32,000 bases of DNA from Cupriavidus necator (GCF_016127575.1 NZ_CP066019.1:2010001-2042000), one strand, 5' to 3'. Positions 17,209 through 24,980 are shown, counted from the first letter of the stretch. Translations and numbers: made by a program. Notes: generated by a model not told the origin, from the letters alone.

Positions 17209-18369
17209 TTACCCTTGCTCGAGGCGCTTGCGCTCGTTGTCGAGATGGAAGGCACCATCGACCACGATGCGGTCGCCGGCCTTCACACCGTTCTGCACCA
17301 CGCGCATGCCGTCGCTCTCGGCGCCCAGCTTGACCTTGGTGAGGCGGTACTTGTTGCCCGGCATCTCGACATAGACCAGCTCGTCGTTGCCGTCGCGAAC
17401 CACCGAGGCGGCCGGGATCACCAGCTGGTCGACCGGCTTGCCGGCGATCAGCATGCTGGCCAGCATGGCAGGCTTGAGGCGGCCTTCGCGGTTCTCCAGC
17501 TCGGTGCGGACCAGCACCGTGCGCGACTGCGGGTTGACCGTGCGGCCGACGTAGATCAGCTTGCCGGTGATGCTCTTGCTGCCCGCACCGTTGCCAAGCG
17601 AAGGCACCTCGATGTCGACGCTCTGCCCTTCGGCCACCTGGGCGGCCTGCTGCTCGGGTACCTCGGCCACCACCCACACGCGCGACAGGTCGGCCACGGT
17701 GTAGAGCGCATCGGCCGGCTGCACCACCTGTCCTTGCGCCACGTTGCGCTCGACCACGGTGCCGCTGATGCTGGAAAACACCGGCGAATGCGAGTTGATG
17801 CTGCCGCTCCTGGCCAGCTCGGCGATCGATGCCTGCGACATGCCCAGCACGCGCAACTGGTCGCGGTAGGCGCGCATCTCGGCCGAGGCAATCGCCAGTT
17901 CGCTCTCGCGGCGCTGCAGCTCGCCGCGGCCGATCACGTCGGCGGCAAACAGCTGGCGCGCGCGCTCGGCGTTGCGCCCCTGCAGCTCGGTCTGGGCCTC
18001 GCTCTTCAGGAAGGCCATCTGCGCCGCGCCCAGCTCGCTGCTGTGCAGGCGCGCCAGCACCTGGCCGGCCTTCACTTCCTGGCCCAGGGTGGCATAGAGG
18101 TCGGTCACGCGGCCGGTCACGCTGGCGCCGATGCGGGCCACGCGTTGCTCGTCGAAGTCGACGCGGCCGGCCACGCGCAGCATCTCGCTGAACGGGGAAG
18201 TAGCCACCGGCGCCACCTTCAGCCCCTTCTGCAGGTTGCCCTCGGGCTGGATCACGCCAGGCGGCAGCTTGGGCGCTTCGGCAACAGGTTCAGGTTTGTC
18301 GGAGCAGGCCGCCAGGCTGAGCGTCAGGACGGCAGCGGCCGTCAGAGAAAGCAGGAAATTGGGGCGCAT
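17209..18369 (-). CDS. efflux RND periplasmic adaptor subunit (MFP, lipoprotein)
   Basis: 386 aa. Lipobox LSLAAC. Barrel-sandwich/hairpin motifs: ...RIGASVTGRVTDLYATLGQEVKAGQVLARL... and a coiled-coil hairpin. The gap to the OMF gene is 2 nt. Confidence 0.9.
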   Translation of the reverse strand: MRPNFLLSLTAAAVLTLSLAACSDKPEPVAEAPKLPPGVIQPEGNLQKGLKVAPVATSPFSEMLRVAGRVDFDEQRVARIGASVTGRVTDLYATLGQEVKAGQVLARLHSSELGAAQMAFLKSEAQTELQGRNAERARQLFAADVIGRGELQRRESELAIASAEMRAYRDQLRVLGMSQASIAELARSGSINSHSPVFSSISGTVVERNVAQGQVVQPADALYTVADLSRVWVVAEVPEQQAAQVAEGQSVDIEVPSLGNGAGSKSITGKLIYVGRTVNPQSRTVLVRTELENREGRLKPAMLASMLIAGKPVDQLVIPAASVVRDGNDELVYVEMPGNKYRLTKVKLGAESDGMRVVQNGVKAGDRIVVDGAFHLDNERKRLEQG

Positions 18370-18371
18370 GG

Positions 18372-19826
18372 TTATTTCTGTTCGATGGTGGAGGTCGGCT
18401 GCAGGCCCGGCGCTGCGGTAGCGCCCGGGGCGGTCGACATGAGCTTTTCGATCTGGATGGCGGCCACCTGCAGGTCGTACTGGGCGGCAATCAGGTCATT
18501 GCGCGCACCGCGCAGCACGCGCTGGGCATCGAGGTAGTCCAGGATGCCGCGCTCGCCGAAGCGGTAGGCGGACTCGGCCACGCCCAGCGCCGACTCGGCC
18601 TCGCGCACGATGCCGGACTCGAGCGCCGTCACCTGGGCCTGGTTGATCTCGTACTGGCGGTAGGCGGCTTCCAGCTCCTGCGTCAGCTCGAACTCGCGCG
18701 CTTCCAGGGCGCTGCGCGCCTGCGTGGCCTGCGCCGTGGCCTCGCCCACCGGGCCGCTGCGGCGGTCCCACAGCGGGATGGTCAGGACCAGCCCGATCTG
18801 CGAGACGTTGTTGTCAGGCTGGCGGTCGGTGCTGGCGCGCACCGCCACCTCGGGCCAGCGCAGCGACTTCTGGTAGTTCACGCCCAGCTGCGCGCGCTCC
18901 AGCTCCATGCGGCGCTGGACCAGCTCGGCATTGCTGGCGGTCATGGTGTCGCGCAGCACCGGCAGCGGCGGCACGTCGGGCGACTGGCCCAGGGTGCCGG
19001 CCAGCGCAAACTGGCCCGGCATGGCACCGCCCACCTGCTGGCGCAGCGCTGCCTTGGCCTGGTTGACACGCAGCCCGGCAGTCTGCTGGCTCTTCTGCGA
19101 GGCCAGCAGTTCGGTCTCGGCCTTGATCAGTTCATAGCGCGGCGCCTCGCCCACCTCCACGCGCAGGCGCGCCCGCGAATGGATCTGGCGCATCATCGCC
19201 AGGTCTTCCTCGGCGGCATGCAGCTCGCTCTCGCGGCGCAGCACGTCGTAGTAGGCAGTCTTCACGCGGGCGGCCAGGTCGGCCCGGAAGCCTTGCCGCA
19301 TGGCCTGCGACGACTCCAGCCCGCGGGTGGCCATGGCCTCGCGCAGACTGCGCTGGTGCGGGTAGTCCAGCTTCTGCACCACGGCGTAGCTGGGCGCATT
19401 GCCGCTGGTCACGCCCGGCTGCTTGCCGGACAAGCGGCCGTACATCACTTCCACCTGCGGGTTGGGATAGGCACGTGCGCTGCTGATTGCCGCGCTGGCG
19501 GCATCGACACCGGCCTCGGCGGCGGCCACGCCCTTGTTGGTGGACTGGGCCAGCTCGAGCAGTTGGGGCAGCGAGTAGGCGGGTCCCGCCTGGGCGCCGG
19601 CCGCTGCGGCGGATGCGGGCTTCGGCACCGCCGCAGCCGCCAGGATGGCGGAGCCCGGCATGGGTGCGGCAGCAGGTTTGGTCAGGGGCGCGGGGGCGGC
19701 TGGCGCGGCACCGGCCGCGTCCGTTGGCTTCGGGGACACCCCGCCTTGTGCGCCGGCATGGGTCGGTGCAGCGGCGAGCGCGATCAGCAAAAGCGACGCG
19801 ATCAGGGTCAGCTTGGTTGTTGTCAT
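18372..19826 (-). CDS. TolC/CzcC family outer-membrane efflux protein
   Basis: The internal ATG at 19826 gives the signal peptide MTTTKLTLIASLLLIALAAAPTHAGA. The ORF-track start at 19919 would add 31 Arg-rich residues. Two OEP repeats are present (LPQLLELA..., ...YDLQVAAIQIEKL). No clear SD was seen, so the start is uncertain. Confidence 0.85.
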   Translation of the reverse strand: MTTTKLTLIASLLLIALAAAPTHAGAQGGVSPKPTDAAGAAPAAPAPLTKPAAAPMPGSAILAAAAVPKPASAAAAGAQAGPAYSLPQLLELAQSTNKGVAAAEAGVDAASAAISSARAYPNPQVEVMYGRLSGKQPGVTSGNAPSYAVVQKLDYPHQRSLREAMATRGLESSQAMRQGFRADLAARVKTAYYDVLRRESELHAAEEDLAMMRQIHSRARLRVEVGEAPRYELIKAETELLASQKSQQTAGLRVNQAKAALRQQVGGAMPGQFALAGTLGQSPDVPPLPVLRDTMTASNAELVQRRMELERAQLGVNYQKSLRWPEVAVRASTDRQPDNNVSQIGLVLTIPLWDRRSGPVGEATAQATQARSALEAREFELTQELEAAYRQYEINQAQVTALESGIVREAESALGVAESAYRFGERGILDYLDAQRVLRGARNDLIAAQYDLQVAAIQIEKLMSTAPGATAAPGLQPTSTIEQK

Positions 19827-20041
19827 GAGTCGGGAAAGCAAGCAATACGGCTGCCTGTCGCCATGCTGCCGCCCGCCCCGGGCGAGCGGTCGCTTGGACG
19901 CGATCACGGCAGGACGCACAACGGCAGCGGCTTGCCCGCGCGGTCAGGCAACAGGCAGGCTGGCGATATCAGGCAAGGGGGCGCGGCCCGCGGCACGGAG
20001 GCGGCATGCTGCAGCGCGTGCGGTGCGGGCGCAGGAAACGC

Positions 20042-20446
20042 TCAGGCGCGGGAAATGGGTGGCCGGAAGAAGGCCGAAGGCGGCGGCTCGGCGCGGCCAG
20101 GCGGATGCTGGGCGACATCGCCGGAGGGCAGCAGCAGCTTCACTGGCGGCAAGGCAATCAGGGCACTGGATTCCTCGATCTCGTCGAGCAGGTCGAGGGG
20201 GTCGAGCAGGTCCGCCGACCAGATATTGCAATACCCGGGGGGCGGGTCGTCGCAGATATCGTCGTCATGCAAGCCGTCGTCGCCGGGCACGATGATGCGG
20301 CCCAGGTCGTCGACAGGCTGTGCCGCCGCCAGGTCCACCAGGTCAACGCTGGCCTGCGCCTGCAGCGCCGCGCGCGCGTCCGCCACTGCTCCGAAGGAGA
20401 GCAGCGACAGGCACATGGCAGTCAGCAGCAGGAACAACAGTCGCAT
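20042..20446 (-). CDS. hypothetical acidic secreted protein upstream of the RND operon
   Basis: 134 aa. Signal peptide MRLLFLLLTAMCLSLLSFGAVADA. The mature part has 21 Asp/Glu against 6 Arg/Lys and a C-x7-C motif (ICDDPPPGYC). Third codon positions are strongly G/C-biased, which supports real coding. No SD was seen and I recognised no family. Confidence 0.55.
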   Translation of the reverse strand: MRLLFLLLTAMCLSLLSFGAVADARAALQAQASVDLVDLAAAQPVDDLGRIIVPGDDGLHDDDICDDPPPGYCNIWSADLLDPLDLLDEIEESSALIALPPVKLLLPSGDVAQHPPGRAEPPPSAFFRPPISRA

Positions 20447-20530
20447 TGAATCGGGGGCATTGACGGCATCCGCCGGCCGTCCCCAGTCGGGGGCCTGGCC
20501 GGCAGGATGCTGCAGGACAGCATTGTAACT

Positions 20531-20564
20531 GAACGATTACGATTGACAGGGAATCGTTACGTTC
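20531..20564. promoter_or_regulatory. imperfect palindrome overlapping a consensus TTGACA, candidate TA operator/promoter
   Basis: GAACGATTACGATT-gacaggg-AATCGTTACGTTC has 12 pairable positions with one mismatch and one bulge. TTGACA lies at 20543-20548. No convincing -10 hexamer was found at 16-18 nt. Confidence 0.3.
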
Positions 20565-20602
20565 GTTCCCTTGCTGTAGAGAGATCGGGCGCCTGAAAGG
20601 GC

Positions 20603-20833
20603 TTGCAAGGAACGACCTTGTCCTTCCGCGCCGGCGAAGAACTGGCCGACCAGACTCGCGCGCTGGCAAAGGCATCGGGACAAAAAACCTCCGACTACAT
20701 CCGCGACGCCGTGCGCGAGAAGAACGAACGGGAAATGGCCTCCCGTATCGCCGTGCTTTCCCGCAAGCTCTCGGCAAAGCACCTGGCCGCCAGCGAGGAA
20801 ATGGACGCATCGGCCGGAGACGGGCTTGACTGA
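20603..20833 (+). CDS. type II antitoxin, ribbon-helix-helix (CopG/MazE-like)
   Basis: 76 aa with a TTG start. The RHH pattern is TTLSFRAGEELADQTRALAKASGQKTSDYIRDAVRE, followed by an acidic C-tail. It overlaps the toxin gene by 8 nt. Confidence 0.75.
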   Translation: MQGTTLSFRAGEELADQTRALAKASGQKTSDYIRDAVREKNEREMASRIAVLSRKLSAKHLAASEEMDASAGDGLD

Positions 20834-21185
20834 GCTGAAACGCGGGCAGATCTGGGAGGTCGACCTCAACCCACAGACCCATCGGGAAGAGCCGGCCAAG
20901 CGCAACCGGCCGGCGCTGGTCATCCAGACGGATTTGCTCAACGACGCCGGCCACCCGACCACGATCATCGTGCCGGGCACATCACAAATCGAGCGCGAGG
21001 ATTGCTTTCCGTTGCGGGTCGCGCTGGGCAAGCTGCCTGGCCTGGCCTATGAGACGGACCTGCTGATCGATCAGGTCCGAGCGGTGTCCAATCGCCGGTT
21101 CATCGGCGGCCGGCCGGTCGCGAGATTGGGGACTGATTACATGAGTAAAGTGGAGGAGGCATTGCGACTCCTCCTTAAGCTTTGA
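20826..21185 (+). CDS. type II toxin, PemK/MazF family endoribonuclease
   Basis: 119 aa. TTG start with a GGAGA SD 5 nt upstream. Family motifs: LKRGQIWEVDLNP....E..K.RPALVIQTD and TTIIVPGTSQ. Confidence 0.85.
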   Translation: MTELKRGQIWEVDLNPQTHREEPAKRNRPALVIQTDLLNDAGHPTTIIVPGTSQIEREDCFPLRVALGKLPGLAYETDLLIDQVRAVSNRRFIGGRPVARLGTDYMSKVEEALRLLLKL

Positions 21186-21207
21186 GCTCCCTTTCGCCTC
21201 TGCACCA

Positions 21208-21242
21208 CTGCATATCATGCAGTGACAGTGCATGATATGCAG
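21208..21242. repeat. perfect 14-bp AT-rich hairpin/palindrome downstream of the toxin gene (possible terminator or protein-binding site)
   Basis: ctgcatatcatgca-gtgacag-tgcatgatatgcag. There is no U-tract after the stem. Confidence 0.4.
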
Positions 21243-21324
21243 CGATGGATGGGGAGGCAGCCATGCACAACTGGCTGCAAGAGCACTACCCGGGCATGCT
21301 CAAAACATAACCTGCCACCGCGCC

Positions 21325-22947
21325 CTACGCCACCCTGAACCCATGCGTCCCGTCGCGCTCCAGTTGCGCGATCAGGCCGAACTCCCAGTCCAGGTAGCCC
21401 TGCATCGCCTCGCGCGGGTTGTCAGTGCCCTCATACGGCCGGCGGTAGCGGTCAGTGCGTTCCGAGGCCAGGCGCGTTTCCCCGCTTTCCAGCGGCAGCC
21501 CCGCTGCAATCCACGCCTGGGTGCCGCCTTCCAGCACCAGCACTTCCGCATCCGTCAGGCGCTGCAGGTCGGCCGCGGCAAAGCGCGCCAGCAGGCTCGA
21601 TCCGCAGGTGAGCACGTAGCGCCTGGGCTGCGGGATGCGCGGCAGCGCGTCCGCAAGCTGCGCGCGAATGACGAAGTAGGCGCCGGGAATATGGCGCTTG
21701 ACGTAGTTGGCGCTGGTGGTGAAGTCGAGGACAGCGGTGCTGCCGTCGCCTGCGTCAATCCATTTGGCCAGTTCGGCTGCAGTGACGGTCGATACCGGCG
21801 CTGACGCCGGCACCGGTGCGCTGACCGCGCCGGTTTCGCTACGTTCCGCCGCTGTCGCCGGTTCCACCACCCAGACGTCCCAGCCCATCTGCGCCAGCCA
21901 TGAGCCGGTCATGCTGGCGCGCACGTCGTCATCATCCGCCAGCACGATGCGCGCACCGCGCACCGGAGCGGAATGATCGGTCTCCTGCACCAGCTGGCCG
22001 CCCGGCGCGTTGACAAAGCCCGGCAGGTGGCTGTCTGCGAATTCCTCAGGCGTGCGCACGTCGAAGCGGTACACAGTGCGCCCGGGCTGCTGCAGCGTTT
22101 CGATCTGGGCCAGCGCAATGCGGCGAACGCCGGCCCGGTCGGCGATCTCGCGCGCGCCACGGCAGGCACTGTCGCGGTTGGCATCGCTGACCGCGGCGGG
22201 CGCGCGGCGGCTGGCGCCATGGTCCAGTTGCTGGCCAGCCAGGGTCCAGCCGATGGTGCCGTTGCGCAGCGCCGCCACCGGGTTGGGAATGCCCGCGTTG
22301 ACCAGCGACTGGGTGCCGATGATGCTGCGCGTGCGCCCGGCGCAGTTGACGATCACACGCGTGTTCGGATCGGGCGCCAGCTCGCGCACGCGCAGCACCA
22401 GTTCGGCGCCCGGCACGCTGGTCGCCGTGGGAATGCTCATGGTCTGGTACTCGTCGAAGCGGCGCGCATCGACGATCACCACATCGGCCTTGGTGTCGAT
22501 CAATGCCTGCACTTCCTCGGCGGCAAGCGACGGCGTGTGGCGCCTGGCTTCGACGACTTCGCCGAACGACTTGCTCGGCACGTTGACGTCGCGGAACACC
22601 TCGCCGCCGCCGTCGATCCAGGCGCGCAGTCCGCCTTCCAGCAGATGCACGCGCGTATAGCCCAGCTCGCGCAGCACGGCCGCGGCGCGCGGCGCCAGGT
22701 CGGTGCCAGCGTATTCGCCGTAGACGACGATCAGCGTGTCGCGGCGCGGGATACGCGCCCACGCTTCGATCTCAAGCTTCGACAGCGGGAAGTTGGCCGC
22801 CCACAGCGGGTGTTCCTGCGCGAAGGGGTCTTCCTCGCGCACATCGATCAGTGCGATTTCGTCGTGGTTGAGCAGGGCCTTGCGCACGTCCTCGGGCGAA
22901 TAGGTCGGGAAAACCGATGCAGCTTGCGTAGCAGTAATCTTGGTCAT
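21325..22947 (-). CDS. four-domain rhodanese-like sulfurtransferase
   Basis: 540 aa from the ATG at 22947, which overlaps the upstream stop as ATGA. There are four rhodanese-like repeats. Catalytic-loop Cys is present in repeats 2 (NCAGRTRS) and 4 (TCGSSLLA) and absent in repeats 1 and 3. Confidence 0.9.
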   Translation of the reverse strand: MTKITATQAASVFPTYSPEDVRKALLNHDEIALIDVREEDPFAQEHPLWAANFPLSKLEIEAWARIPRRDTLIVVYGEYAGTDLAPRAAAVLRELGYTRVHLLEGGLRAWIDGGGEVFRDVNVPSKSFGEVVEARRHTPSLAAEEVQALIDTKADVVIVDARRFDEYQTMSIPTATSVPGAELVLRVRELAPDPNTRVIVNCAGRTRSIIGTQSLVNAGIPNPVAALRNGTIGWTLAGQQLDHGASRRAPAAVSDANRDSACRGAREIADRAGVRRIALAQIETLQQPGRTVYRFDVRTPEEFADSHLPGFVNAPGGQLVQETDHSAPVRGARIVLADDDDVRASMTGSWLAQMGWDVWVVEPATAAERSETGAVSAPVPASAPVSTVTAAELAKWIDAGDGSTAVLDFTTSANYVKRHIPGAYFVIRAQLADALPRIPQPRRYVLTCGSSLLARFAAADLQRLTDAEVLVLEGGTQAWIAAGLPLESGETRLASERTDRYRRPYEGTDNPREAMQGYLDWEFGLIAQLERDGTHGFRVA

Positions 22948-23561
22948 GACTGGGCAACTTCGCGGGAGCGGTCCCACAGGTTGGGCAGGGTCTGGTTGGA
23001 ATAGCCGGAGATAAAGGGCTTGCGCGTGCCATCCTCGGCATAGACCGAACGGCGCACCGCGCCGATATTGGCGCCGTAGACGTGGATGCTGACCGAGACG
23101 CGGTCGTCATGCACGTTGTTGACACGGTGGATATCGCCGACCGTGGGCGACACGGCCTCGACCTGCCCGGGCAGCAGGCGCACGGCATCGCCATGCGGCA
23201 CGGGCCGGCCGCCGGCGTCGAGCACGAATGGCTGCGAGTCTTCCGCGCCGCGCAGCATGCCGATCAGGCCCCATACGGTGTGGTCGTGGATGGGCGTGCG
23301 CTGGCCCGGTCCCCAGACAAAGCTGACGACCGAGAAGCGTTCGGCGGAATCGCAATGCAGCAGGTGCTGCTGGTAGTACTCGGGATGCGGCTGGGCCCAG
23401 GCATCGGGCAGCCAGTCGTCGCGCGCAACCAGCCTTGCCAGCAGCGCCCCGCCTTCGCGCAGGATGCGGGGCTCGTCCGGCTGCTGGTCCAGCAGCGCGG
23501 CCAGGCCGGTGATGAAGTCGCGCAGCGGCGCGAGCGGGTTGGGGGTGGGGGTGCTGCCCAT
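22944..23561 (-). CDS. cysteine dioxygenase type I family cupin (Gln-type, probable thiol/3-mercaptopropionate dioxygenase)
   Basis: 205 aa from the ATG at 23561 with a GGAG SD. The motifs WGPGQRTPIHDHTVWGLIGMLRG and GDIHRVNNV...SVSIHVYG align by eye with the mammalian CDO 3-His iron site and catalytic Tyr. The ORF-track start at 24050 is a spurious extension. Confidence 0.85.
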   Translation of the reverse strand: MGSTPTPNPLAPLRDFITGLAALLDQQPDEPRILREGGALLARLVARDDWLPDAWAQPHPEYYQQHLLHCDSAERFSVVSFVWGPGQRTPIHDHTVWGLIGMLRGAEDSQPFVLDAGGRPVPHGDAVRLLPGQVEAVSPTVGDIHRVNNVHDDRVSVSIHVYGANIGAVRRSVYAEDGTRKPFISGYSNQTLPNLWDRSREVAQS

Positions 23562-23674
23562 GGGATTGACTCCGGAGTGTCTCGTTCTGGTTTGCCGGCG
23601 CGGCGGGCGCCTGCGCTGCGGCCATCCGCGGGGCGGTGCTGCTGCAAACATAGCACGGCCAGGCAGGCCCGCGC

Positions 23675-24886
23675 TTACAGGCCAAGCTGCGCCCGCCCGG
23701 CGGCGACCAGGATGGAATCGTTCTGCGGCGTATGGATGCGGCTGCACAGCACGTCGCGGTAGTGGCGCTCCAGCGGGTTGTTCCGGCTCAAGCCGTGGTT
23801 GCCGGAGAGCTGCAGTGCCAGTTCCACCGCGCGGATCGCATTGCCGGTCACCGTGTACTTGAGCAGCCCGCTGTCGGCCGGCGTGGGCGCCTCGCCCGCG
23901 TCGGTGCGCGCGGCGGCATCGTCCAGCAACACCTGATTGGCCCGCAGCAACGCGGCGATCTCGCCGATGGCTTCCTGAACGCGCGGCAGCGTGGCCAGCG
24001 GTGCGCCCAGGCTGCCGGGCGCGCGCTCGCGAACGAAATCGCCGATCCATGCGGCGGCAGCGCGTGCCACCGCGTCATAGAGGCTGCCCAGCAGCACGAT
24101 CATCCAGCCCTGCTGGTCGGCGTTGGCGTCGATGTCGGCCTGGCTGGCACCGGTCGGCGCCCATGCTGACGGCGGGCGGATATCGACCGCGTGGTCAGGC
24201 GGGATCCAGACGTTGTCGAGCACGGTCTCATGGCTGCCTGAAGCGCGCAGGCCAAGGTGGTTCCAGTTTTCGACGATGCGCACGCCCGCGATGGCGGCCG
24301 CCGGTCCGGGCACCAGGAACACGCCCACGCGCGGCTGAGGCTCATCGGTGCGCGCCCAGACCGCCAGCCAGCGCAGCGCCGGGATGCCGGTGCTGTACAG
24401 CTTGCGCCCGCTGATGCGCCAGCCGTCGGCCACGCGCGTGGCCACCGTGGCCGGCAGGCCGCCGCGTGCCGGCGATCCCAGTTCCGGTTCCACCCGCAGC
24501 GCGTTGATCAGCGCACCGTCCTGCACCGCACTGGCAAAGACCTGGTCGCGCACGGTCTGTGGCCAGTGCGAATCGGCGCGGGCGATCGCGCGGTGCTGCA
24601 GGTAGGTCATGGTCAGCACCAGCGCGGTTGCGGCATCGCCGCCCGCCACCGCGGCCACGATGCGGCGCGCCTGCGCCAGGCCTGCCCCGCCGCCGCCCTG
24701 CGCGTGCGGCACCACCTGCGCAACCAGGCCATTGGCGTGCAACTGCGCAAAGTTGTCGTGCGGAAAGCTGGCAGCGGCATCGTGCGCGCCGGCACTGGCG
24801 GCAAAGCGCGCGCAGAGCCCGGCCAGCACCTCGCCAAGGCGCGCTTCGCTGCTGGGCAGCCTGCGCAGGGTAGACGTTAATGACAT
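23675..24886 (-). CDS. acyl-CoA dehydrogenase-fold flavoprotein (SfnB/MsuC/DszC-like sulfur-acquisition oxidoreductase candidate)
   Basis: 403 aa from the ATG at 24886 with a GGAG SD. ACAD-type domains are present (...ENWNHLGLRASGSHETVLDNVWIP..., the C-terminal helical bundle ...LERHYRDVLCSRIHTPQND). The subfamily call rests on context next to SsuD-like and CDO-like genes. Confidence 0.75.
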   Translation of the reverse strand: MSLTSTLRRLPSSEARLGEVLAGLCARFAASAGAHDAAASFPHDNFAQLHANGLVAQVVPHAQGGGGAGLAQARRIVAAVAGGDAATALVLTMTYLQHRAIARADSHWPQTVRDQVFASAVQDGALINALRVEPELGSPARGGLPATVATRVADGWRISGRKLYSTGIPALRWLAVWARTDEPQPRVGVFLVPGPAAAIAGVRIVENWNHLGLRASGSHETVLDNVWIPPDHAVDIRPPSAWAPTGASQADIDANADQQGWMIVLLGSLYDAVARAAAAWIGDFVRERAPGSLGAPLATLPRVQEAIGEIAALLRANQVLLDDAAARTDAGEAPTPADSGLLKYTVTGNAIRAVELALQLSGNHGLSRNNPLERHYRDVLCSRIHTPQNDSILVAAGRAQLGL

Positions 24887-24980
24887 GGAAAAAGACTCCG
24901 GGAAGGACAACGACGAGGCGCGCTGCCGGCGCGCGGCCCGCACCGAATGCCGCCTAGCGTAGCGCCGGCACCGCATTACG

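Noticed and set aside
20042-20446. Calling the acidic upstream protein CzcI, CnrX or CnrY
   Set aside because: I could not align it to what I remember of those proteins. It has no His-rich or known metal-sensor motifs. It is therefore left as hypothetical.
20543-20548. Consensus TTGACA as a complete TA promoter
   Set aside because: No acceptable -10 hexamer lies 16-18 nt downstream (TTCCCT or TCCCTT). It is reported only as part of the candidate operator.
22944-24050. ORF-track N-terminal extensions: 24050 for the CDO homologue, 22977 rhodanese, 24976 ACAD-like, 10621 hydrolase, 19919 OMF, 27224 permease, 28306 ATPase, 25699 binding protein, 13520 small protein
   Set aside because: The extensions are Arg-rich junk or overlap the upstream gene. 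Internal ATGs give proper SD spacing, signal peptides, or the normal family N-terminus. The OMF start at 19826 and the channel start (10987 against 10933) remain the least certain.
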